In this document: positions 1 to 11,880 of the stretch, piece after piece | How the letters are laid out: each line of letters starts with the position of its first letter | Position numbering within the stretch: position 1 is the stretch's first letter | DNA from: Azolla caroliniana | Taxonomy: Eukaryota; Plantae; Polypodiophyta | Assembly (NCBI GenBank): GCA_043228905.1 | Contig: JBHGNT010000002.1 | Location: 12,090,001 to 12,154,000 of the forward strand | Direction of reading: 5' to 3' | DNA: 64,000 nucleotides | Translations under genes and position numbers: made by a program | Notes under the pieces: model-generated | Database searches by the model: none | The model's input: only the letters and a program-made list of their open reading frames with translations | What the model was told of the DNA's origin: nothing

Positions 1-771
1 CATGGGATATTTATTATACATTGGAAGATACCAACATTTTTGGTGAGCTATATGTTTTTTTTGCCTTTTTCTACCTTCCTAACCATTTTGAAGACATAAG
101 AATGTTTTGTTCATTTCTTCTTCTTTTTTCTTGTAGCTGGAATGTTGGAAAATTATAGTGTGCTCGATGTTTTTATGCTTGTTTTGACATGATGTAAGTT
201 TCTAATATTATTAAGCGATTAGATAATCTATTGGATAGTTTCTTGCTAGTTTTGAAACCGCAAGTCTACTAAAAGCGATCACACTTATATATAAATCACA
301 TTTTCCTCTCTCGACGTTTTATGCTTGTCTTGGACATTAGTTTTGATCCAGACTGAAAGATTGTTTAAATATATTTCGTTGCCATGTTTTTCTTAATATG
401 TATTATCCTGTGGACAATTTGTTGCTATGTTTTTCTTGAATTATGTCATATTCTGTGCTTGAATAATAGAGTGTGTGTTAGCTTCAAGTTTTGTCTTGTT
501 TTGAAGAGTGGATTGTGCGAGATTTCTCTTATTTGAGGGATGTATATAGAACAATAGATAATTTGCTGCCATGTTGTGCTTGATCTATGCGTTTATTTGA
601 TACACTTTTGCTACGTTGGGTGCATTATAAGATCTTGTGAGTTGTATACTTGCCGGAACAGTACTTAAAAGAGAATTATTCTATAGCAGAGGGATATTTA
701 AAGATACTTTGTTGCCATGTTCTGCTCAAATTTATAATTGTTTCTGATTTTAGCTTTTCAATTGATATAAG

Positions 772-3700
772 GCACACCTCAAAGAACTTGAAGAAGAAGT
801 CAAGCTGCTGAAAAATTTATCACACCCGAACATTGTGGTAAGGAATTTGTTCTATTAATATTATCATCATGTGTGCATCCTATTATCTCAAGATCTGGAA
901 GCATTAATCTTGTGATCACCATGTATACATCTTTGTATATTCTAGGATCTGAATACATTGAGCTTGGTCTCACAGTACCTACCATATGTGCATCTTGGTA
1001 TATGGTTAAGATCTCAACCGATTCTTTTTGTTCTTGCCATGTCTGCAAGTTGCACCTTGTTATATTATCGGGATGTTGATGGATTCTTCTTGTTATTCTG
1101 TTTGGATATTCAAGTATTTTAGTGACTACTCATTTTTGTCATAATCTTTTTTTGTTTACACTTTGACCCCCAGAGGTACATGGGGACTGCAAGAGATGAA
1201 AATGTCCTTAACATATTCTTGGAGTTTGTTCCTGGGGGCTCCATTGCATCCCTTCTTAACAAGTTTGGACCTTTTCCGGAGCTGGTAAAGAGAAAGAGGA
1301 GGTTAACTTATATGGCTCACACAAATGATGATACTGGGGTTGAACATGGTTTTGCATTCTGAATGCGTTCTCAGGTTATCAAGATGTACACCAGGCAAAT
1401 ATTGCAAGGGTTGGAGTACCTTCACAAAAATGCAATCATGCATCGAGATATCAAGGTTTGTTTATCGAAAAATGTGTTCATGGAATTTGGATATATTACA
1501 TTATGATGCTACACTCATGTAATGAACCCCTGACATGTTTCATCCACAGTGTCTATCACATTTCCCTTTTGGACTGTACAGTGGTATCAATTCAAACATA
1601 GGCTTAGAAGTTAGTTTGATGAGTGTAGAATACACGATTATTGTGTATCCTAACTTGAGCTCAGAGAGCTTTGGATGCCACTGAAAGATTTAAATTAAGT
1701 GCGCCTTTAAGAAGAAATCTGCGAACTTTCAGTAGCAGCTCAAGAGCATCCAAGCTTGCAAAATGCACATATTTTATACAAAAAGGCTTCAGATTCTGTG
1801 TCCCATCTAAGATAAATGTATGCTGAGCACCATTTCTTTTTTTGTGTCCTCATTCCCAGTTTGTTGGTGATGAGGCCGTCTATGAGCAGAGGAAAAGTGT
1901 TGTATGTTTGCAAAGCAATAGACTATCCTAATTGTTTATCTATCTATCTATATGACGCATACATGCTTTCCATACATGGTTTAATGCATTTTATGGAGCA
2001 TTAAGAGATGCCTATCATATGTATATCAGGGAGCCAATATCTTGGTTGACAACAAAGGTCAGATAAAGCTTGCAGATTTTGGGGCATCGAAGCAGGTTGT
2101 AGAGCTGGTAATCATTTCTTCCCTCTGTGCCTTCTTTGGTTAGATAGTAAAAAAAAGAGGCATATTTGAATGATGTTGAATTTTATGTCCTAATGACAAA
2201 TGTCATACACATTCAGGTAACTACAACAGGGTCCAAGTCAATTAAAGGAACACCATATTGGATGGCACCAGAGGTTATAAGACAGACTGGGCATACCTTG
2301 TAAAAAGTTCTTACCTGCCTATTGTATGTATGCATGCAATAAGGATAAATGAATTTATATGTGGTAATGGATTTCCATGGAATTAGAGATGATTTTGAAG
2401 ACATTTGGATAGCATTGACTTTTTTTGAGGCATGTTATGAAATACTCGATTCCTCTTATCTTTGATGTGTTTGCTTCATGTTCAGAAGCCATTCTGTTTT
2501 ATGTTATACATGTATTCAAAGCTTGAAGCATTATTGAAATTATAATTGAGTAAAATTGTTTGCCTTTTGCTCCTTACCAGATCAGCAGACATATGGAGTG
2601 TTGCATGCACAGTCATTGAAATGGCAACAGGAAAAGCACCATGGAGTGATCAATTTCAAGAGGTTGCAAGCCTGTATATGCAATAAATTTTATTCCTTTC
2701 CAAGGAACATATGATATTGGAAGCTTATTTATGGTGCCAATTATGGAAGCTTTTCAGGTTTCTGCACTGTTTCACATAGGAACAACTAAATCACATCCTC
2801 CAATACCAGAATATCTTTCTCATGTGGCTCAAGACTTTCTTCTGAAATGCTTAAAACAGTAAGTTTTGTCAAATCAGCTGTCTAGAAAGTAGTTTTTCTA
2901 CCCTGATTCAGAAATTAGACTATTCTATGTAGGGAGCCACATTTGCGACCTACAGCAAGTGATCTACTGAAGGTAAGGCATCTGAATTTCAGTTTTATTA
3001 TGAAGGATTGGAAGAAAGCAATTTGAAAACAAGATATGCAATAAAGTCTGTACTGTAACTGTAGCATCCTTTCATCAAGCTGGATGGGAATTCTACAACT
3101 TCAAGTCTGATCCAGGTATCTATTTCTTCTCAATGTTGTTACACAAAGTTATTTGGTGAGATATTGTTTTGCAAATCAGTCTATTGATAAATAGGTCCCT
3201 CATGGAACAAAAGCATGTCAAGTGGTTGAGAAGTGCAAGAGGAGACACCTGTAAGTTCTTTTCCACTGCTTTCAACTGAATATTACGAAATTTCAATGTT
3301 ATGGATAATGGTGATTAATGTATTGGATGCAGAACTGGACACAAAGTAGAGGATCCATGTGTCAGTGATTCTTTGGATATTTCAACAATTGACAGAGATT
3401 CTTTAGAAATTTTCACACCAGATGTAAACAATGGGAGAGGATCTGTTGATAATGATTTCAATTGTTCGGTGAGGCTTGATTATGATAGCATTATGAAGGT
3501 AATTATTTCCAACCTTTCCAGTCCTTTTTACAGAAACACTTGTGCTTTAATGTTCATTGCTTACCCAAAATGTTTGTGCTTTGCATATACTTAACACTTT
3601 CTATACTTGCAGATACAAGAATTTGTACAATGCTTGTATTCCTACAATCTAAACAATTGATTAATTGTGCTTTTTTTGTGAATTAACTTTCTAGAGTTTC

Positions 3701-5466
3701 AAATCTGCTAGTGATGATCTCTTCTGCATATGGAAACAAAGTTTTGACCCAACGATGGAACTGTCAACACTGAACTCCATGGGAAATCCACCAGATGTAG
3801 ATGATGTCCTATGCAACCTTGCTAGCCCAGAGATTATTCGAAATAAAGATGATGACAATAGCACAATGACCATGGCATATGCTTACAATAATGATGATCC
3901 TTCATTTTACTCCTTTAAGTGTACTGTTGATGAGAACAACGACGACAACGAAGATGTTACAGAGGCAAAGATTAAGGCATTCTTGGAGGAGAAGGTATTG
4001 CTATGTTTTTGGGTGGTTGGCCCTTTTATAGCTTTGAGAGTTTTAGATTTGCTTGTTGATCTGGATTGTGATATAACCCATGACAAGAAAATATATGCTA
4101 TACTAATTTTAGGTTTGCCTGCAAAGCCTTAAGAGTAAATATAAAAAAACCCTTGTAATGTTCCAAATAGCAATGTTACCCCCTCTCAAAGAGGTAATAT
4201 AATTGATATAATTTAGTGATAATCCATCATGATGACTCGAATTCTTTCTTCTATGCCCACATAATTTACCTCTCTCTCTCTATATAATTATGCATGCGTT
4301 TTAACATTTTAGGGAGAAAGGGCTCATTTTAGGGGCAAATCATGTTAACTATATGAGTTAGAAGATGAAGTAGATATAGCTATGATTTCAAGAGAAGGAA
4401 ACGTGTTGTGAATTTAGAGAGAGGAGAGGAGTGGTGAATGCGAGTTGGAGGTGAAGAAGAGAGAATTCGATTAATTATGATGGATAAGCATTAAGTTTCA
4501 CCTATGAGTTTACCTTTTTCCTAGGAAGGTAAATGTCAATATTTTCAATAGTACCTAGGGTAGAATTGGTAGTTTACCCATAGTATGAGGGATAATTTTT
4601 ATATTTCTCCTTAAACCTCTGAGAGTTTTAGGTTTGCATGTTTATCTGCATTGTTCTAACACTTCAAAATTGAGGATATTAGGTTTTCTGATTGAAATGC
4701 ATTTGATTCTAAACTATGAAAATCAATGTGCTTATCAAGTTATTGCACTGAACAATATTCAAGGCATCGGAGCTGAAGAGATTGCAGTCCCCGCTGTATA
4801 TGGAGTTCCATAGCTCTTGGAATTTTGAACTGAATCAAGAGGAAAGCACAATCACAAGTTGTGAGGAGCAGATTCGAGACACCATTATACCTCGAAGCTG
4901 GCTAAGCAAAGCAAGTAGCCAAAGCGGGGTTTCTACGGCTCGAAGCACTGTGAGTGAGCCATCATCCATTAGTTCTGGAAGCTATGGTAGTGGCATTCAT
5001 CGTGTAGACTTATCGACCCGCTCGGATTCTACTACTCAACTCTGGGATTTAAAAGAACATTTCTTGGATACTCAATATCCCTCAGCATATAGCCCCAGGT
5101 ATCCATGTTTTCCCAAATTTTGTCTTTATTTTTTTCTAGTTTTTTGGTCCTTTTTTCTAGTATTTTTGTCATTTCATTTTTGTTTTGAATGTGTTAGCAT
5201 CCTTAGTTCGGGGAATCAGCTAAAGCTTTGGAAAGAAGAGCTTCAACAGGAGCTTCAAATGAGAAGAGGTTATATTGATTTATTCTCCATTTTCCATTTT
5301 TCTGATGGATCTGTCTTTCTATATAGATAGACCTAATTAACTAACTACACTTAAAATTCCAAAATGGTGAATATTTGTTTCAGAGGAGAAGAAAATGTTA
5401 TCACGTCTCGCCACATCCCTTTCACAGGAAGCTACTCCTCGCTCATTGAAGAGAAAACTACTTTGA
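772..5466 (+). CDS. NPK1/ANP-family MAP kinase kinase kinase, 5'-partial (upstream exons lie outside the window)
   Basis: GT-AG exons read in frame: 772-837, 1174-1284, 1375-1455, 2030-2107, 2217-2299, 2581-2662, 2758-2858, 2933-2972, 3065-3115, 3195-3250, 3333-3498, 3695-3994, 4764-5098, 5198-5268, 5384-5466 (TGA). Kinase motifs [69 protein letters not shown]1-type C-terminal motifs [27 protein letters not shown] and WKEELQQEL. Confidence 0.93.
4132..4610. mobile_element. Degenerate foldback MITE-like insertion in a MAPKKK intron
   Basis: Left end AGAGTAAATATAAAAAAACCCT resembles the reverse complement of the right end (GGAGAAATATAAAAATTATCCCT). Imperfect inverted similarity extends ~120 bp inward (ATCCATCAT...TCGAATTCT.TCTTCT). 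TTA flanks both sides. Confidence 0.55.
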
Positions 5467-7905
5467 GGCATTATTTCTTTTGGCTATCAATTTGATGGTT
5501 CCATATATAATAATAATAATAATAATATTCACCAAGTTTACGAAGGAAATTTGGGAGAGGGGTGAAGTAATGAGACTTACAGATTGGAAGGAAGAAAGAA
5601 ATCATTGCCTCTTGGGTCTATTACTTTTTTTTAATGCCACTGAGCTACTTACACTCATCAACCTTTTGGTTTCACCTTTTATTGAAATCAACACCTAAGG
5701 AAGCCCTTCATTCTTGATGCTTGAGCCTTAACCCTAACCATTTGCATCCATCGACATTGTTGATGTGATCATATTCTTGTACACATCAGAGACATTTATC
5801 ACACTATGGCATTCAACTAGTAACAGTTGAGTAAAATCAATGCCAGTGTAATTGATTGACTGCACACTAACCACATCACAAGCAGGAAATATGAGATGCA
5901 GTATTCTTTCAATACAGAAATTGATTAGTTCACGTTGGTTTTTTGATATGATAAGAGCTCTCTAGATTTTGAAATATGATCATATACATAAATTGAAACC
6001 TTACATGGCACTTGTCCATTGGTTGTAACTTTCAAAGGGCATTTGTGTTCTATATTGAATGTCATGAATGAAGATTTAAAGACATTGAGGACCAATAAGA
6101 CTGAAGCTTTTTTAAGTTGGTCAGTGCTAGTTGGCCTGCTCGATACACAGAGCTGCTTTTCTGGCCACTTGTCTTGTTGTGTCATGATGTAGGTCGGAAA
6201 GTGATATACATGTCTTAAAGAAGTTTAAAGTCCTAAACATTGATGTCCAACTTTACATTAATGAAATATTTTAGTCTTGAGGTCTAGCAAGCTCGTTTTT
6301 TGTGTGAAATTCATTGACAAACATAATTACAGATTATAGTATGTGAAGATCAGTGTGCATATCTCTATTCAAAGGTTGCTTCTTATGTAGGTTTGTAGCC
6401 AATTCATCCACCTTATTTCAATTATACCTTTCTCTCTTCTGTGTTGCCCAATACATTTGGGAAAGTAACAAAAGCTTGGGGGGAAATAAAATAAATTTAG
6501 GGACAGTATTTCAGAAAGTTTTTGTCAATAATATTTGTGAAAGTAAAATGGATTGGCTCCATGGGTTAAAAAAATCATGTTTTAAGAATTGGTAAGGTGT
6601 TAGACTCATACTATGTGTCATTCATGTGCCGGCAGCTGAACAACCAATAATATATAAAGACTTGAGATCAAAGAGGTGAATATCATAATGTGAGAGATAG
6701 CATAGTTTTGACAATTAATATGAAGCACATTATAGTTCTTTGCCATTAAGATCATCTTCTACATTCACTTTCTCTATCTATGTTGTAATCCTTCTATTCA
6801 AATACAACTATCACGATCTTTGCAAAACCCATGGTAAAACTCGTATCAACTCTTGATTGTATGGGATGTCGAGGGGGTTCGGGTCCATCTCATGTTATCA
6901 TTAGGGGGTGGTTATGTAGAATGACACCCCTCTTTCCTCTCTTTGGTCTATAAATCCATATGTTTTGCTCAAATAATTTAACACTAAAAGCTTACCCTTG
7001 GGAATATCATCAACAAAATTGGTTGCCATAGAGATGATTCAATTGATTAAAACTTACTGACTTTGTATTATCTCACGAGAATTAATATTTCTTATCTTAT
7101 ATGACTTTGGAAATTAAGGATCCATTTTTATTACAACCATAACATATGGATTAGAGCCTTCAACCACCAAAATTGTTATTGTTTTGTGGATGGAAAGATC
7201 AATATATTGGGTCATTGGTTGAAAATCCTGTAGTACACTATTCATGTAAAATAAAAAAAAACAAAATTTGAATGGAGTGATATAATATAGTATTGCCTTA
7301 TTTGGTAGCTTGTTGGCTTGTTGGTTTGTTGCTCCGTTCTCGCTCTTGTCAATAGCACTCTTTTTGTTCATTAAATCAAGCATTTAATTCCATCCGAGCA
7401 ACTTTGTAAAACGTGTAACATGCACTCTTTTTTTTCATTAAGCAAGCATTCATTTCGTTCAGGATCTTTGTAAGACGTAAAACATCTGATCCCATTCCAA
7501 CCTCGATATGACACGTATGTACTCATAGTTTTCTTGAGATGTTGTTCAACCAACAACTTGGACCTTTTCAAATTGAGATGTATATTCAATTGTCTAAAGT
7601 TTAGATGTGAATCTGATATCAACAAGAAACACTGAAAGGTGTATCACAACGCAAAAAAGCAAGCTACGGATGTGAAGACAGATTAGAACGGTAAACACAC
7701 AATACCAATGATGCGTAAATCCCTAGCTGACATGCATGCATTATCCCTGAAAAATCTATTCCTCAACTCTTACGCTTGAGAGATGTAGGGATCTCGTTCC
7801 TTCCTCTACCTATTCTTTCACTTCTCCATATTCATTCACCAATAGTGGATACATCTATTTGTGTGTGGACATATTTGTCTTCTGATCATTTCTGTATCTT
7901 TTTCA

Positions 7906-7919
7906 GAGTTATGGGCCCA
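7906..7919 (+). promoter_or_regulatory. Half-tRNA(iMet)-type primer binding site of element A
   Basis: GAGTTATGGGCCCA follows a CA LTR-like end and precedes gag. It is one base off GGTTATGGGCCCA, the complement of the initiator tRNA anticodon arm. Confidence 0.6.
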
Positions 7920-8651
7920 CCATGCTTCCAAGGTGCCATCATTAATTAGTAATCATTAGTGCATTCATCCCTAGATTTGTAATCCATCACCTTGTAGTTC
8001 CTCATTCATTAGTAATTGATAACATCTAGAGCTTTAGATGGCAAACCTCAAAGATTGTATCATTGACAAGTTCATAGTTATAATTTTTCATTGTGGAAAT
8101 GGAGGATGACGATGCTACTGGATGATAAGGGACGCTTGAAGATAGTCAATGGGGAGGAAGTGCTACCTAAGAAAGAAGAAGCTATACAAGCTTACAATAA
8201 AAGAGAGAAGAAGGCATATGCAGTCAGTGGACTCAACTTAGGGGATAGACAAGTTGAGGATATAAGGCACACCAAAACAACTACGGAGGCATGGGATACA
8301 TTGATGAAGTTGAATGAATCAAGCACAACGCCCTTTGACTCAAAAGAGAATTTTTAACAATAAAAAATGAAGCCAGGTGATAAAGTCCGTGAACATGCTC
8401 AAAAACTAAGAAATATTGCATCTTAGCTTCAAGTGATTGGCCATACACTTCCCAAGGATGAGGTAACATACATTTTACTTAACAGTTTGCCTAGTTCATA
8501 TGGGCATCTTGTGGTTTTAGTGCATGATTCAGATGCAATTTAAGACCTAGACAAACTAATGGCAATATTAGAACAAGAGGAGCAAAAGGGAAAGTCTTCC
8601 ATAAATGAACATGCTCTCCTTTCACATTTAGGTAAGGGACATGGTTATGTT

Positions 8652-9186
8652 TAACAATCGGCAACGGTTTGGTTTGAACCGAACCGAACCAAATTGCGGT
8701 TTAACGGCGGCTTAACGGTTCGGTTCAGGTTTGGGTTTTTAAAAATGGTTCGGTTCAGTTTCGGTTCGGTTTCAACAGTAAAAAACCGTGGTTTAAACGG
8801 TTTAACGGTTTTTTATTTTTTATTTTTAAATGTTTTTTAAAAAAATTGTAAAAATTTTAAAAAAATTCAAAAAAATTGTAAAAATTGTTTTTAAAGAATC
8901 TTTTCATTTTTAGACCTTATTCTCACATTTTAGGAACATCTTAAAAATTTTAAAAAGGAAATATTATAAATTTTAAAAAATAAAAAATAAAAAATAAAAA
9001 ATTTGACCTATGTTGAAAATCGAAACCGAACCACGAAACTGTGGTTTTTATGGTTTATTGGTTTAACAGTTTGAAAAATGTTTACCGGTTCGGTTTGGTT
9101 CAGGTTTCAAAAATTTTAAACGGTTCGGTTCCAAACCGGTTTGGTTTGGACCCTCTCAAACCAAACCGAACCATTGCCGATTGTTA
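8652..9186. mobile_element. Non-autonomous hAT-type MITE inserted in gag of element A
   Basis: TIR TAACAATCGGCAA...TTGCCGATTGTTA. Perfect 8-bp TSD GTTATGTT (8644-8651, 9187-9194). Many GGTTC/AACCG subterminal motifs around an AT-rich core. Confidence 0.9.
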
Positions 9187-10522
9187 GTTATGTTAAGAAT
9201 TGGGATGATAAATTTCAAAAAACTTCACAAATGGGATGGGAAGGAAATGTCGGTGCTTTTCTACCAATGGATCTATCTCAAGTGGTATGTCATTATTGCC
9301 AAGAAAAGGGACACATTGCATGTGGGTGTGCAAAGAAGGTAGCATATAATTTGGAAAGAAAGCCTTACAATGGCATAAAAGGTTCGGCCATGCCAAATTT
9401 GACAAACTTAGCAAAATCAAAGATAGTAATATCTCAAATAAAGAAGTTTTCCTAGTAAGTAAAAAATACTTATGTGAGAGTTGTCAACTAGGCAAGTTTA
9501 CTCGACAACCATTTAATACAAAAGGGGAATTTTAGCGAGTAGGCCTCTTGAATTAGTCCATATGGATCTTTGTGGACCAATGCATGTGCCATCAATAGGA
9601 GGAGCAAGATATTTATATGTTATCATAGATTACTATACACGAAAACCTTTTGCATATCCATTTTCATATAAAGATGACACTTTTGAGAATTTTTGAAGAT
9701 TTAAGATACACACAGAGTCTAAACTTGGGCTCTCGATAATCAAAGTAAGATCAGATAAGGGTGAAGAATTCAAGTCACATATTTTTGGGTCTTTTTGTTC
9801 TAATCATGGCATTACACAAGAATTTACCCTTAGCTACACTCAACTAAATAGTGTTGTTGAAAGAAAGAATAGGACTATCATGGATATGGTAAGATATATG
9901 TTGATAGATAGTAAATTTATCTCTAGAATTTTGGGGAGAAGCATCCAAATGTGCAACATATAACCTGTTGAGAATCAAACTCAACTCCCCATGAGTGGGA
10001 ACACACTCTAGGATACTCAAGTGTGTGAACAACCCACCTCCTTGTATAGTAACTAGTGTGACATAGAAGTTAATGTCCTATGACACATATTCTTTAGGTA
10101 GTTAAGACATGACCTCTTTCTCAAGAGGCAGTACTAGTAAGAGAACTTAGAGAGAAGGTGATTACATAAGCACCTTCTCCTTCTCTTTGTAATGCCAATT
10201 ATTCGCGTTTCCTTGTTAATACAATTTTCCGTTTTTCTGTAATCTTGATCTCTCTCTCTCTCTCTTTGGTAAAAGCACACAATTATATTAATTGTATGTA
10301 AAATCCACTTAGTTACAACACTTCTTAGTCTCCTCTACCTATCATATGTCTATGTAGGGAGAGGGACGTTCTGTAATGCTACTAAAAACCTGAATATGCA
10401 TTTGAGGATATGATCCCCACATGCTCTAACATCCAAAAATTCCACATGAGAATACCTTTAAGCTTCTTTATATAGGCTTTCACCCCATGTCTATTATCAA
10501 ACATGAAAGCATTACAACGTGG

Positions 10523-10523
10523 T

Positions 10524-10594
<71 letters not shown>
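10523..10594. repeat. (TC)n(AC)n compound microsatellite in the LTR of element B; second copy at 19233-19305
   Basis: Directly visible dinucleotide runs. Confidence 0.95.
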
Positions 10595-10598
<4 letters not shown>

Positions 10599-11699
10599 CT
10601 TCCGCAACATGGAATCCATCTAATTCTTCACATGGTATCAGAGCGCATGGTTGCTTGATCGAAGCCCATCACCTCTACGTGTGCTATGGTTAATCTCGTG
10701 TTCGGAAAGAACCGGCTGATCGTTGTAGTAGCAAACTACGCAGTTCGTATCAAAGATGAGAAGAAGAAGAAGTTCGACAATGAACACTCAAATGGGAAGC
10801 GCTCTTCGTACCGAGAAGCTCGACAGAAACAACTTTGCATCTTGGGAGTACAAGATGCACCAATACCTTGTTGGCCAAGGCTATTGGAGTTATGTTGGAG
10901 GAGGAAACGAAAATCAACCCAACCCAACACATGTCGACTACCCACCTTGGGAACAAGCGGCAAGTCGTGTGTTGTATAGTCTTGCATCATGCGTCCATGA
11001 TCACATGCTCGACCACATCGGAGAGGCCAAAACGCCAAAGGAGGCGTGGGGGAACCTCAAGAAGATTTTCGTGGCCAACACGACCGCAAGAAAGCTTCAA
11101 CTCTATCAATCGGCATGTCAATTGGTATACAACAGAGGGACATGTCAATTGGTAGCTACACCTTGAAGATCAATTCGCTGTGCGATGCCCTCGGGTCGAT
11201 CAATGTTAGCATTGATGACGATGGAATGGTGTAGATTTACCTCGAAGGCTTAACACCTCGGTTCATAGCCATTCAGTCGGCAGTCCTCGTGAGGGAGAAT
11301 CCTCCCTCCTTCGATCTACAATCGATGTTATTGGTCGAGGATAATCATGTTCGAACAAGAAGCAATGTGCAAGAAGGAAAAATGCTCTATTCGAACTTCG
11401 ATGGAGGAAGAGGACAAGGTAGTGGAAGAAGAGGCTGATTTGGCCAAGGCTGACACAACCAAGAGCAACCTCAAGAACACAACTTCTATTACCGACAAGA
11501 AGTCTAGATCGCGTGAGGCGGTGTGTGTCCAGAAGAGAGGGGAGCAATTAGGCCGGACCCAACCGACAAAACAATTCCACTCAATGTGGATACTGTGGTA
11601 AATTCGGCCACTATGAGGCAGAGTGTTTGAAGAAGAAGAGTGAGTCAGCCTCCACAAGCCGACAAATCACAAACTGTTGGGAAATCGGTCTCTCCGGAT

Positions 11700-11880
11700 G
11701 GGATCCGGTGATGAATAAAGAGAACCTAGTGAGAATAGGATGAGATCCAGAAACCGGAGGAGACCCGGTGATGAATAAAGAGGACCTAGTGAGAATAGGA
11801 AGAGATCCGGAAATTGGAGGAAACCCGATGATGAATAAAGAGGACCTAGTGAGAATAGGAAGAGATCCGGAAACCGAAGG
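11700..11880 (+). repeat. 60-bp tandem repeat x3 in the 5' LTR of C
   Basis: Units starting (G/A)TGATGAATAAAGAG at 11708, 11768 and 11828; only one unit in the 3' LTR (~16146). Confidence 0.9.

Noticed and set aside
370-730. Recurrent TTTGTTGCCATGTT-like motif in the intron upstream of exon 772
   Set aside because: Degenerate and irregularly spaced; no unit or element boundary can be defined.
4782-5330. Stand-alone 182-aa ORF, and likewise 3755-4132 and 3373-3594
   Set aside because: These are MAPKKK exons read through into introns.
6800-7040. Possible LTR end with TATA box and TGGTTGCC PBS-like site
   Set aside because: No partner LTR, TSD or downstream coding motif was found.
7114-7625. 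Short minus-strand ORFs of 89 and 84 aa
   Set aside because: No recognisable motif or splice structure.
10382-10693. ORFs with CVCVCV/THTHTH or RERERE tracts, also at 19054-19448 and 32435-32707
   Set aside because: They are translations of LTR microsatellites.
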